Origin: Setoptus koraiensis
Lineage: Eukaryota; Animalia; Arthropoda
DNA: 64,000 bases
Assembly: GCA_048013815.1 (NCBI GenBank)
Contig: CM106586.1
Span: 16,492,001 to 16,556,000 of the forward strand
Reading direction: 5' to 3'
Shown here: one piece after another, positions 46,901-59,900 of the stretch
Layout of the letters: every line of letters starts with the position of its first letter
Position numbering within the stretch: position 1 is the stretch's first letter
Program-made: the position numbers and the translations under genes
Notes under the pieces: model-generated
Database searches by the model: none
What the model was told of the DNA's origin: nothing
Seen by the model: the letters and a program-made list of their open reading frames with translations, nothing else

Positions 46901-49900
46901 ATAATGAGCATGGCGACAATACAGCCCTAAGAAGATTATTAATATCGGGGCCATATTTGGCCGGGGCTTAAATCTATTTAAGTCGCAATTATTTTAGCAA
47001 AGAGGCCAAAATACACTGACTTGTGCACAACACAACCTGATATTCACACATCGGGCTCCCGTTTGGTTGCAGTGAGAGTCTGGTTGAATTGAGAGTCTGG
47101 TTGCATTGAGAGTGGGCCTGCCACTCTGGGGGTTGCGCTCGGGCTACCGTTTTGCTCGGCCTCATCTGTTGCTGTGTGTCGGTATTGGCCCGACAACAAC
47201 ACCAACAAAATCAACTGGTGGCCAAATGTGGGCCCAACTGTCGCAATGAATATCCACGCACACCAAAGCTATAGCAGAGATATCAAAGACATATCAGAGG
47301 TATCAAAGATGTATCAGAGGTATCGAAGGGAGGGCATGCTGCGCCAAGTGATCATCAGCGTTGGCAGTGATAAATTCAATTACTGTCTACTTGGTTGGGC
47401 AACAAAGCAAACAACAACACAGTCGTGATCACGTGCTGAGAGTTGGAAGCGTCACTTTTGTCGCCTCCAATGAATTTTCGCAATGAATTGCCCCAATGAA
47501 TTGTCTCTGCGTCGCTCTCTATGTGTTAGTGATCGCTATTTGAGCCATTCTCAGCTCCCTCAAACAGTTAGGGGCCTCGGCACAAACAATGGGCTTCGTG
47601 CTCGGTGGTCGCCAGCCTCCATTGTCTGGCCAGTGTTAGAGGTTAAAAAACACACACACACACGCACACGTAACGGACACGTTAATAGACAGACAATGGA
47701 GAAGAAAAAGAACGACGCTGGTCACTTGATGGGCACACACATAACTCAACTCGGGCCCAAATGGGTCTCAGCGTGCACTGGACATTTCAATCAATTGCAC
47801 AACTGTTGCCACCGCTGTTGTCGACTAATGCTGAGTGATTGCTAACTCAACAATGCTGAGGCGACCAGAGAGAACGCGCAAAGAATTTGGCCAATTCGAG
47901 CCAATGTGTGTCTCGTCGGGCTCGTCGGCTTCGCTGGGTTCGTTGGGCCCGTTGGCTTCGTTGGGCTCGTTGGCTTCGTTGGGCTCGTTGGCTTCGCTGG
48001 GCTTGCTGGCTCCGTTGGCCAGTAACCAGTGGCCCCATTGCAACAGAAAACAGTAGAAACAGTGTAAGATAAAACCGAAGAATTTACCCAAAGAATTAAC
48101 CAAAAGTCAACTCGGCCAGGGTGCTGTGTTGCGAGCTTAAGCGCAGTTGTGGCTTAAGGGGGCTGCTGGCGTTAGATTGATGATGGTGACAAATGATGTG
48201 ATCATGGTGGTGACTTTGACAAATCAATTCATACCTACGCTCGTCGACGGGCCTACCTGGTGGCTGCTTCTTTGTGCACATGCCACACAATGCCACCAGT
48301 TGCTCCACGGGCCCACATTGTGCCACGTACTGGCTGTGCCACGTACTGACTGTGACACTGCTGCCTATGACACTACTCACTATGAGGCAGATATAGCGAT
48401 CAATTTCAGGCTCGACCTGCCGACTCGAGCCTCGACCAGCGGTGCCAAACGCGGGTTCACAGCGGACAGTGTGGCTGACGGCGTGATTTCGGGCTGCAAC
48501 TAGAGCAAACAATACGACCACGCTATATACAAACAATGACATTTGATCCTCCATTATCCAGTGCGCACATTAGCATATCTTAACCACCAGAGGCCTCACC
48601 GTTGGCACCGACGTGGCTACCGTTGTTGTTGGCTTTGTTTGGCTCATGTGTGTTCGCGACAGACACGACACACAGAATCGAAATTGGCAATGGAATTAAT
48701 TCAAATGTGAATAGGCAAAAATAATAACTCAACTTCTTATGAGAGCGAAAGAATGCGGCTCGCATCATGCGAGATAAATCTGAGAGCGAAGCATCAATTG
48801 TGATTGTTGGGCGCACCACAACAGCAACAACAGCCAGCAGCCAGTTGAACACAATTGAATGGACAGCAACGGAGAATGGCAAATTAGCATTATTATCACC
48901 AGCGGTGATAATAGAATGGTCAAGCCGAAGAGCAGCTTGTTTTGACTTTTGCTGGCCCCTCGTCGTTGGCAACTTGCAACGGGCGAGCCGTGATTGGCGA
49001 CAGCCACTGACAAACAACGTTTGTTCGGCCACATTTTGGGCCAACTTCAACCGGTCACTGCAACCGCGTGTTCACGTGCTCGCCGGTCTGAGGAGCCGCA
49101 TGAATAATATGTGAATATTATACGCAAGAATAGTGTGAATATATGTTGCACATGCTGGAATACATATTCACAGCGCCGTTGCAACGAGCCCACAAAATGA
49201 ATTATCGGCCCAACTGGCACAGAAATCCGCCCCTGGCTACCTGTTGATTTGCGTTTGCGCGGCGCTGTTTGCGGCGTTAGTGCAACCGATCTCTTGCCCG
49301 ATCTCTTGCCCGATTCCTTGCCCGATTCTTTGCCCGATTCTTTGCCCGATTCTGCTGCTTGTGGGCCGGCTCGAATCAGAATGAAAAATCGAATGAAGAA
49401 CCGATGCCGGCAGCGACCGCAAATGGGAGGCATGAGCCCTTGTTTATTTTTCGGTTTGTCACAAACACGCAATAAACAAGCGCCCGAGACGCTTGATTGG
49501 CGCCGCTGCTTGGCGCACCATGAATGATTAATTGGGCCCCAACGATCAACAAGTTACCCAACTATCGCATTGCCTGGCGGGCGGCTCGTCTTTGTCCGGC
49601 GTGTCGCTCGCAAATACAATTGTAAATTGTAATTTGGGGCGCGCTCGCGTTGTGCCCAATGTGCGCACGAATTGCGCTTGCTGGCGTGTAAACAAACAAA
49701 TGTCACCGGTCAGCACAATAATCACTGGTCAGCACGATCATCGCGCAACCGGCCGGCGGTCACTTTGCGAGGGACACTTTGCGACAGTTTGCGACGGTTA
49801 GTTTGCGACGGTTAGTCTGCCACTCACCTGGTGACCGACTCGGACTGCGGTGAGTCGGCGCCGGTTCTGGCTCATTTAATTTCAGTTGCTTCGCCAGAGC

Positions 49901-52586
49901 ATTAGCGTTTGGGCGCCGCTTTGCGCCCAATCGAAATCGGGCTCTAATCAGGCAGAAAAGCCCGTGTGACATGACAGCGACAACGACTGTCACCGTTGCT
50001 CTATTTTGACTTTTGGCCGGCTTGTTGTCTTGTGCAGCCACCGGTATTTTGACTGACTTTCAACAGCGACAGCGACATCATCGGCAACAGCGACAGTGTT
50101 GGCAGCATTTTTTAAATTTGCAAACTGAATTTTTTAAATTTGCAAACTGAATTTTTTAAACTTGCGTCTGAGAATGCGAAATTCGGATGGTCGTTGGCTC
50201 GGCTCGTTCGGCGCAAATTGCCCGGCGTGTTTGTTCGCCACATTGCACTCGGTTGCTCTGGTTTGTGTGGCATAATTAGTCACTGACGGGCTCTGATTTG
50301 CGACATCGCCACTGATGCCACGAATCAGAGCGTGTGTCAGCTGTTTCTCGCTAGACGTCAGTTGTGACTGGCGCTGTTTTGTTTACCTGGTCAGTGCCGT
50401 CTCGCAGTCGCCGGCAGTCGCTCGAGCCATTGAAAATGATGAAAAAATATGAAAATTATTGCGCCAATGAACACGCTGACAACAGTGTCACAATAACAGG
50501 GGTTGCCAGGTAAGCCGACGGCCCGCTACGATGGCAGTGCCAACGGGGGCGCACAAAAGGAGCCATCGAAGCAAGAGCGAGAGTGTTGTGCGATCGCCGC
50601 CGCATGGGCATATCGCACAACAATAAATGGCGTCGGTCAGCCATATGGCACATGCTCTTAATTTGTTGCTGCTCGATCTGTCAACGAGTTGTCAACTGAT
50701 TGCCGGCTCGAGGCTCATTTACAATTGGCGTTCGCCTCGTGAGTCGCCTCGTGAGTCGCAAGTCATGAATCGCGAGTCATGATTCGCGAGTTATGATGGA
50801 TCTGTCACACATCGCAGGTAGCGGTCGCAAAATGACCGCTCTGCCGGCCAGAGTGCGCCCCCGTTTGCCCGCTGCAGTCGGCACAGTCGTCGGCGTGTGC
50901 GAGTTGTGCGAGTTGTGCGAGGTGTGCGGGGGCGACCGGCCGAGGCCCGAATAATCAAATATTGCCGTATTGGCGCCTTTGGATGTCGCGCTCGGATGTC
51001 GCGCTCGGATGTCGCGCATTTGGAGCGGGCGAGATTTGAAACGCGATTACCGTTGTCATTGTTGCATGACTTTTGACGCGTGCCCATTGTGTTGTGATTG
51101 CCAGCGATGACCTCTCCCTCTCTCTCTCTCTCTCTCTCTCGGCCTGTTGTCGCCTCTGCAGCGCCGGAGTCTAGCAGCGCCGGCCAGCGGAAGTCGTTAG
51201 AAACGGTCGCAAAAACGACGCGCTTCGGCCACATTGGCACTCCATTCATTGATCGCGCTGTCCGTTCATTGATCGCACTGTCAGTGGCTTTGTGCTTTTG
51301 TACGCTCGCCCCTCGCCACCACACTGGCCACTGTCCACCGGCGACACAATTACCTCGACTGTGACATCATCGAGCGGCGGCCATTTGACAGCGCCAACGC
51401 ATATATGAGGCGCATATAACGTACACATAACATAGATATAACAAAAGTTTTTTGTCCTCCACTCACCGTTACACCGTTATGTTAGCTTGCTTGTTGTGTG
51501 TTTACGGTGCCACTTCCTGTCGGCGACCAATCAATTCGCCCGTTGACATTTATAATGATGCCGATTGGCTTTTCACTTCGCATATAACGTCATCGCGCAT
51601 ATAACGTCATCGCGCATCTTGTGTCGGTATCACATATCATGATGCGAACTGCATCGCTGATCAGCTGACAGATCCGCTGACAAGAGCGAGTGTCCGCTCG
51701 GCTGATTCGTCAGCTGATCAGCGAATGCGAACCAATTTAATTAGATCAGATTTGTGCCGATTAGATAAAATGAGCGCACTGTCTCGTTAAATCGCTGCCA
51801 AGTGCGGATGTAGTTAGAGTTAGACCGCACTTTGGCCATTGGGCCGGTCAGCGTAACACGCCGGGTAGACGCAGCGCTGATGGTATCAGTGGTTGCGATG
51901 GGTTGAATCACCGACGCAAGGATATTCCTGTCGTTATATTTAGCTGCCATATCCATTCGGTGGCCGCAGTATCCGTTCAGTGGTATTCTGTCGTCACTGC
52001 GCCGGCGACAATACGCAACTCGGTTGCACTGGACAATTACAGTTACAGGTGACTGGTTGGCGTGTTGGCACGTGATTTCATTTGCGGGTCGTGCGAGCGC
52101 CAACGAGGGGCCCACAATAACCGAAATGCAGCCACGTCATTGTTGTGTCCGCTTGGTCACAGTGATTTCACAGCGAGTGTGTCCAGTGCGTCAATTCACG
52201 AAATCACTGCAACAAATGAAACTGCGCCGTTGTGGCCGCACTTTGGCCACTTGGGGTCACCTTACAACAAGTTGCAAGTTACAACGAAAGTAAAATTATT
52301 ATCATTATCAGTGGCCAGAATCTATTTTGAATATATTTTTTGACGCTGGCCACTGCGAGCCGGCAAGTTGCAACTGAATCGATACGACGCTGCAAACAAG
52401 TGGCTGCATGGTATCGTTGCAGCAGTTGCAAGTTACGCCAAACGCACAGTGTGTAATTGTCGTCAGTAATTGGTATAAGCCACAGTGTGAATCATACAGG
52501 TTGTGTGTGTGTGTGTGTGTGTGTGTGAGCTTTTCTTAATGAACTCGATTTATCTTCTTGGCCAACGTTGTTAATTATACATGCTT

Positions 52587-52664
52587 GCAGCAGCAACAAC
52601 AGCAACAACAACAGCAACAGCAGCAACAACGACAGCCGCAACAGCAACAACGACAACAACAACA
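52587..52664. repeat. Imperfect (CAA/CAG)n trinucleotide tract; similar tracts at ~53373-53405, 54463-54540, 59042-59136 and 61495-61575
   Basis: Read directly; these tracts generate the poly-Q/poly-C/poly-L ORFs in the track. Confidence 0.85.
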
Positions 52665-53373
52665 AAGATCGCCAACTTATGGCTTCCTCCTGTTGGCTCG
52701 GTGCGCAAAACTTTTCTTTCGCTGCTCATGTCTCATTGTTGCGACTGCTCGCCCGACTCGGTCGGTTGTTGTTGCTGTTGCTGTTTCTGGCGCTGTTGTT
52801 GTTGTTGTTGTCGGCGGTGGCAAGAAAACGAGAGACGCACACAGTTGCGCTCGAGCCAGATAGTTAAACAATTTAGAGAAAACTTATCGAAGCGATTACA
52901 CCACGCATCAGTTATTATGTAATCAAATCTTTGTTTCTGTTTTTGCCTTGCTTACCTGCTACCAGTTGCATGAGCGCTCTCAATGAGCCTCTCTCAATGA
53001 GTGCGCTTATGAGGGTCCACTCTGTTACACTATATTACTATGCCCACTCGCTGAATATATCTCATAGCCACTCGCTGAATATATCTCATAGCCACAAGGC
53101 AAACTTGAATTTACTACCACCTGTTATATAGTTATTGCCGCCGCTGCTGTCGGTTGTTGCTGTCGGTTGTTGTTGCTGTAGGAGCTGCTCGGCGCGGCCA
53201 GGTGAGCCGCACAAACAAGCCTCTGTGTAGCCGCTTTTATCCGCTGCAAATCTGTAAGCGGTGCCAGTAATGACTGTTACGCAACCGGCCAGCGATCATA
53301 TTGTTTAATGGTTCGACAATGCTCGCCGAAGCATGAATATTGCCATTCATACATTGAGACAACAAGTGTCTGC

Positions 53374-53406
<33 letters not shown>

Positions 53407-56400
53407 GACTGTGATTGTGAGCCGACACAAACTCGTATCACCGGCACCCGCATCACCTGTTGTTGGCGGTGCCCATCGGTGGCCGCTGTTGCGCTAGAAT
53501 ATTTAATATTTTGTGGCGCTGCCAAGTGACCAAGTGGCGCGACATGCCGTGAATATACCTGGGGCGATATTCATAACAGCAACAGCTCACGACAGCTGAT
53601 GAATATCGGCTGTGCCCGAGAGATTTGCATCTGGTTCGCATCGTCTAGTGTTCAGCTTTCGCTTCTTCAGCTGTTATTCGCTTTATATTATCCGCTTAAT
53701 ACCCCCACACTGTTGCAATACCAAGTGCCCTGTATTCTGTACAGGATAGATTCGCTCAGCATGGTTGGCACGATGGCAACTCTGGCCACTTCCGGTTGCA
53801 AGCACACGTTACTACTCATAACTGACGAGGATAAACGAGGTTGACATTGGCTGATTGTTTGTGCAGGCTTGTGGCGTCGTCGGCACTCTGCTGCCAAAGC
53901 TGACCAAGACGCTCAAGAGTGGTTGCGTCTACCGGCCGCTAGGCGACGACTGATGACGACACTGATACCATCAGTGCGATGGGCACTATTGGCCATTATT
54001 ATCATAGGCTCATAATATAATGGCTCATAATATAGGCGTGCAATATGGTCGCGTGGGCAAAATCAATTAACTGGGCGCTAATTGATTTTGCGACAAGTTG
54101 TGGGCCGGCCGGCCGGTCGGCCGGGCAGCAAGCACGGCGTGTCCGAGAAAACAATAGCGGCACACTTGTTGCTGTTGGCCGTTGGCTGTTGTCGGCTGTT
54201 GTTGTTGCGCCGTGGTGGCGCTGTTGTTGGCCGTTGGTGGACCGGATTGAACTGCTCACAAAATTCAAAGTTAAACAATGGCCCGCTAATTAGCCCACGA
54301 GCGCACACTCCAGTTACGGCAACAAACAATGGGCTCGTTGTGCCAACGAGCAGCGCTTGTGACGGTATTTTGGTGGTGCTAATTGCACAAACTGCACAGA
54401 TTACGCATTGCGCCTCGCATGTTGAGTGCAGTTGCGCATTGTTGTGCCATCATCACCACAAGTGTTGTTGTTGTTACTGTTGTTGTTGCTGTTGTTGTTG
54501 CTGTTGTTGTTGTTGTTGCTGTTGCTGTTGTTGTCGTTGGTGCTGTTATCGCGCAAGTTACGCAAACAAACATCGCTCGGCGACTCGTGCGTCGCGTCGC
54601 AAGACCCGCGTGGCGAGCGGCTCGCCCGCGCGCCTCAGCGAGCACAAGACGACGGTCGGGACCCGGCAGTCGGCGCTCAACGGTCGGGACCCGGCAGTGG
54701 CGACACTCGGGACGCCGTTCGCAATCGAGCGTGTTGCGGTCAGCTTGGCCGGCGCCGATCGCGGCCGATCGCGCGATCGAGTCGCTCGCAATTGTGGCCG
54801 ACGCGCGACAGGTGAGCCGTGAGAATTGTGCGTGCCCGCTGTGTCCGGCCTAACAAGCAGGTAAAAGGTTGAAATTGGCACCATTCTCTAGATACAGTGA
54901 CTCCAAATACAGTGACGGCCGATCATTATCGCGCTGCCGATAAGTGCCGATATGCTGACGATACACTCAACATAAACCCGAGACGCACCGACGGTGAGCC
55001 GGCCCGGCGGCACCATCACAGCGTCCGATATTGCGGCCCAGAGCGACGGCGCTTCATTTTGGGTTTTAGGTTAGCCGCCAAATGATTTGCCGCCAATTTG
55101 GCGATAATTAGACTTTTGACTTTGTTTGTGTCGCTGTCACACAGGTGAGCGGCAACAACAACAACAACAGCAGCGACAGCAACAACGACAGCAGCGGCAC
55201 AAACGGCCGGCGCAGCAAGTGTTTATTGGCTGGCAGCAATCGATGCGACTGTCAAAGGCAATCGCACGCTGTCCGTCACTGCTGTCACTGCTGTCATTGC
55301 TGTCATTGCTGTCATTTGGGCACTGACAAGCCGCGCGCGCGCGAGCCGCGGGTTGTGAGAGTCCGCAGCAAGAGTCCGCAGCGAGTCGCGCGGTGCGGCG
55401 AGACCCGCACGGGCGAGAGTGAGCCGCAACTTGTTGATCACTGAGCCGCGTGCGCGTGAAACAATAGCGATCGGGCGACAACAACAATTAAGCGCACTTG
55501 ATTAAGCGTGTCCGCCGGGCCGGCGAACCCTTTGATTGACGCCCCCATTGATTTACCTGTTGATTGGCCGGCTTAATAAGCGGCTAACCTAATAAACTGA
55601 CTTGGAATGGGAAATCGTGTTATCGCTGGGCCGAGCGCTCGCACCAGCGCACCTTTAATGACTGCCCCCGCTCGCAATCTGTCCGCTGCGGCTCGCTCGT
55701 CCGCTCGTCGGCGACTCCCGACGACGGCCCGCGGGCCGGCGCTCGCCCATCAGCTGAGCGGCCCGCACTGTTGACACAACTCGCCGCTGGTGCGCGTGCG
55801 ACCATCTGACAGTTGGCCGGTCGACGATTTGACAGTTGGCCTGTTATGATGCAGCCATGAATGTGCACGAGCACGCACTCGCAGCGATTTGCACGTGCGT
55901 AAGCCGTTGCATGCGCAGTACATTGTGCATGGAGAGATCGGGCCCGCCGCAACCGATTCCGGCCGCCGATAGCGAGTCGGGCCGCCGATAGCGAGTCGGG
56001 CCGCCGACGGCGAGATTGGCAGCTCGCGCGAGCGAGGTGCCAAGAGCAAACGAGCGGCGGCTTGCGTGCCCGACCGGCGTTCACGGTGACACATTAGACG
56101 GTTATTTGGCAGCGCTAATCCAGTGTCGGCCCGCGACAACAGCGCGCGCCGACTGATGAATTGTAAGCGTGCCCGCAACAGGTTATCGCAAACCCAATAA
56201 ACGGGCTCGCTGTGAGCCGCGCCGCCTAGCGTGACCGTGCGCGCCGCCGCCGCCGACCAACGGGTTGGCTGCTCGAGCCCGACCGACTTTGAGCGGCGTT
56301 GCGGCCGCGTTGGGCCGCGTTGGGCCGCGTTGGGCTGAGTTGGGCGCGTTCGGCGCGTTCGGCGCGGCTCCACCGAGCCCCGAGTGATCAGGACGCAACA

Positions 56401-56858
56401 GCGATCGGCCGGCTCGGGCACACACCTGTCGGCGGCGGCCCGTCAGCCGACTTGGCCAAACATAGGAGGGCCGCTGCTGCTCACTGTGGACTGCGCAGTA
56501 ATACCCGATAGTATAGAGCCGCCCGTCGCTGTTAAATGGGACAAGGTTCATTAATTATGATTAACCGGTTTGTTAGTGTGTGCGCGCGATTAATTATTCA
56601 ACTCTATCCGCAGATTGGCGCTATCAGCGATGCATCAGCAACGACGACGCTTTAGACACTTACGATATGGCCAATTTGGTCATGTCCGAGCGGGCCGGCC
56701 CGGCCAAGTGCGGCAACTTGCGGCTTCGATGAGCGACAGAGCGGCCACGTTAAACGTTTCGTTTGCGAAGCAACTTGTTGCACACTCAACTAGGCATACG
56801 CATCGCCCGTTCGACAGCTAAACTCGGCTGTGTGTCTCCCATAGTGTGTGCCGGCGCA

Positions 56859-56975
56859 CAGGTAAGCGCGATTCTCGAGCTCAGGTAAGCGCGGTTCGCC
56901 AGCTCAGGTGAGCGCGGTTCGCCAGCTCAGGTGAGCGTTCGCCAGCTCAGGTGAGCGTTCGCCAGCGCAGGCAAG
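56859..56975 (+). repeat. 20-23-bp tandem array, each unit carrying CAGGT[GA]AGC
   Basis: Motif starts at 56859, 56882, 56905, 56928 and 56948, with a degenerate CAGGCAAGC at 56968. Confidence 0.9.
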
Positions 56976-59900
56976 CGATCTACAAACAACAGCCATCCAT
57001 CGCGGCCGCGCACAACAATTAGCAGCTGACCAAACGGTGGGTGTGGCAGGTGGCGCCGGCGTCGACCGCATCAATAGGGCGTTGGTTGGCTCGGTTAAGC
57101 TGGCCGGGCGAGGGTCGGCGCGTCGGGCGGTTGGCTGGCGGCCGCCGCCGATAGCCGGCCGGCTCCGGCAGCGCCGCGCGGCCGCCAATTGGCCATTTTT
57201 ACTAACTGCGCCCCATTTAATTATTGGTTATATGAAACTGTATCAATTTTTAACGATCTCAGTGCGCCGTCACTCACAAGTTGCGGGCCGCCGCTGCCGC
57301 TTATATCCGAAGGCTGCAGGCCGGCAAAATATAGATCACTTTTGGCCGGCCGGCCAGCCGAGAGTCATGATGATAAATTTAGTTTAGGTGGCCGGTGGGC
57401 AGTGGGCAGAGCGGGCGCACTGGGCACATCGGGCAGCCCTAAATGATCAATTGCCGGCAAACGATTGCAATCGATCCGACGATTAACTGCTGCCAACTTG
57501 TAACTGATGACGATAATGGCACCGACCGAGCGCCACTCGAAGCGCTCGGTGCCGATCAATTATCACCCGCTAAATAAGGTATCATCCCGCAACCGGCCAC
57601 CAGCTGCAAGCGCTGCCATGTTTGCGCCCGGCCGCCGCGCGCCGCCAGAGCGCGCCACGCGCTTCCGGCCCGACAAAATCACCGCTCGGCAGCCCGACAA
57701 AATCACCGCTCGCCGTTTGTCACGCTCGCGGGCCATCAATCTAACGCTGAGCAATCGAGCTGAATATCAATTTGATGAGCGACTTAATGACTTTGGCCCA
57801 GCTGACGCCGATGATGCCGAAATGCCAGCGAAATATCGCATTTCGAGCGATTCGCACGAATTCGTCGCGTCGTGTTGCGCAACGCCGATGATCGATTCAA
57901 GTTTTGAGCTGAGCGATGGTGTGACCGACAATCTCAGTCACAGGCTGTGGCTTAAATGCATCGTGATGGCTCTTTATAGAGCTTTATAGAGCTTTATGGA
58001 GCACGATCGGTATGAGTGGCAGCAGCAACAGGTTGTCGGTGATGTGGCGCCCTCAGTTGGCTCTCGGTTGTTTATAGCTCGGTTGTTCATAGCTCGGTTG
58101 TTTATAGGAGCGCGATTATTCGAGCGCCGGGCATTCGAAAATGCCACTTGTTTCGCTGGCTGTTATTGGCTGTTGGCGCGACGTTGCAATTAGAACGAGT
58201 CGCAATTAGATTTCATTTCCATTTCAATTGCGCTTGGCCAGCGCGCCGATACATGATATATGTATAATAGTATAATTGCTGCCGGCCGCTCGGTCGACTC
58301 GTTTGAGCCCTCTGGGCAAGAGCGCGCTTGTGCCATCGAAGCGCCGCCAAGGTTCGGGGCGTGATTGGCGAGCGATCGCCAGAGTTGTTTATTTTTATTT
58401 TGCTGCATATATTAACTTGACGCTGTTGCGCCGGTTCGGACGGGCCGGCCGCTCGCACGCTAAAGAGGGCCGGCGACTCGGTGGGCAAAGAAGGCGAAAG
58501 CGACTCGAATCGAATCACTGACATCGCATTATCGCTTGCGAGCTGCCGGCGAGCAGCGCAATTGCTCACCTGTCGGCAGACTGTGCCCTGTAGACTGTGC
58601 CCTGTAGAGCAACAAGTGGGCCCGAACGGCCTATTCGCTCACCTGTAGCCGCGAACGGCCCCCTCTTCGCTCACCTGTAGCCACGAACGGCGCCGACAGA
58701 CGGCAAACGAGCGCGTGCTGCCCGTTGGGCGACCGGGCCGACACTTTGCAGCGGGCATAATATGAAAATGTCGAAATATTGAAATGCATAATATTGTAAT
58801 AATACAATACAATTACAATCGCCATTTAATAGGTTAAGTGGCCAATGTCTCAATGCGATGCATCAGCGCTGTTCGCCCATCAGATTCGCTTATCACGCGT
58901 CGGGCCGACCAATCGGTGCCGACAATCAATTGGGCAGCGTCGTTGGCCGGCACCGATCGCAACCAACGGACGGCCGACGAACGGTCTCGCCTGGGGCCAG
59001 ACGCGCAATGAGACGCACACGATCTAGCAACAACCACTCTAAACAACAGCAACACCGACAGCAACGACAGCAACAACAGCAGCAACAACAGCAGCAACAA
59101 CAGCAACAACAACAGCAACAACGACAGCAACAACAGTCGCGCAATAATCATGATTGCGCAATCAGCCAACACACCACGCCCGCCAACAACAATGGCTGCC
59201 TATAAATAAATAAACAATTATCCGGCAATTATCTGTTGCGCAACCACTGTTATAGGCGACCACCAAGCGGCGATCTCGCAAGTGAGTTGAGCGGCCGACT
59301 TGTCACAACTGACCGGACTGCGATCGCACGGATAGAGCGATCATTTCACTTTTGTCCGCTCTCAGCTGATCTCTGCCAATCTCAGCTGGTCTCTGCCAAT
59401 CTCAGCTGGTCTCGGCTGGTCTCCGCTGGTCTCGGCTGGTCTCCGCTGATCGCGATCGGGGCTCGCGGGCCGGTTTCAATTGTGACTGGAAGCGCTGGCC
59501 GCGCTGCGAGCCGCGATGAGCCGCGGAGTTAATCTGATCGGCGCGGCGGCGGCGCATTAACCTGGCAATCGGGCGATCGGGCAATCGGCTTTGCCGTCAT
59601 GCGGGCAACAGGCGACCGAGGGCGCCCATGGCGGAGCTTCGATTTGACGCGGGCCTTGTTTGCATTGTCAGCGTTGTGTGCTATCTCTGGACGGCTGTCG
59701 CTGGGAGTTTGTGGCTGGGAGTTTGTGGCTGGGAGATCGTGGCTGGAAGACTGGCGCTGGGAGGCTGGCGCTGGGAGACCGGGCGCTGGGAGCGAGAGTG
59801 CTCGCTCATGTGTATACACTAATTTGAGACAAGCGCAAAACATGATTTTGATACCATTAGCGTCGTACAAATGACACTGCTCACGGCACAACAATTGCGC

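Noticed and set aside
48096-48554. 152-aa minus-strand ORF with a signal-peptide-like start (MSLFVYSVVVLFALVAA)
   Set aside because: The rest of the sequence has no recognisable fold or cysteine pattern and includes repeat-derived segments; it cannot be supported without expression data.
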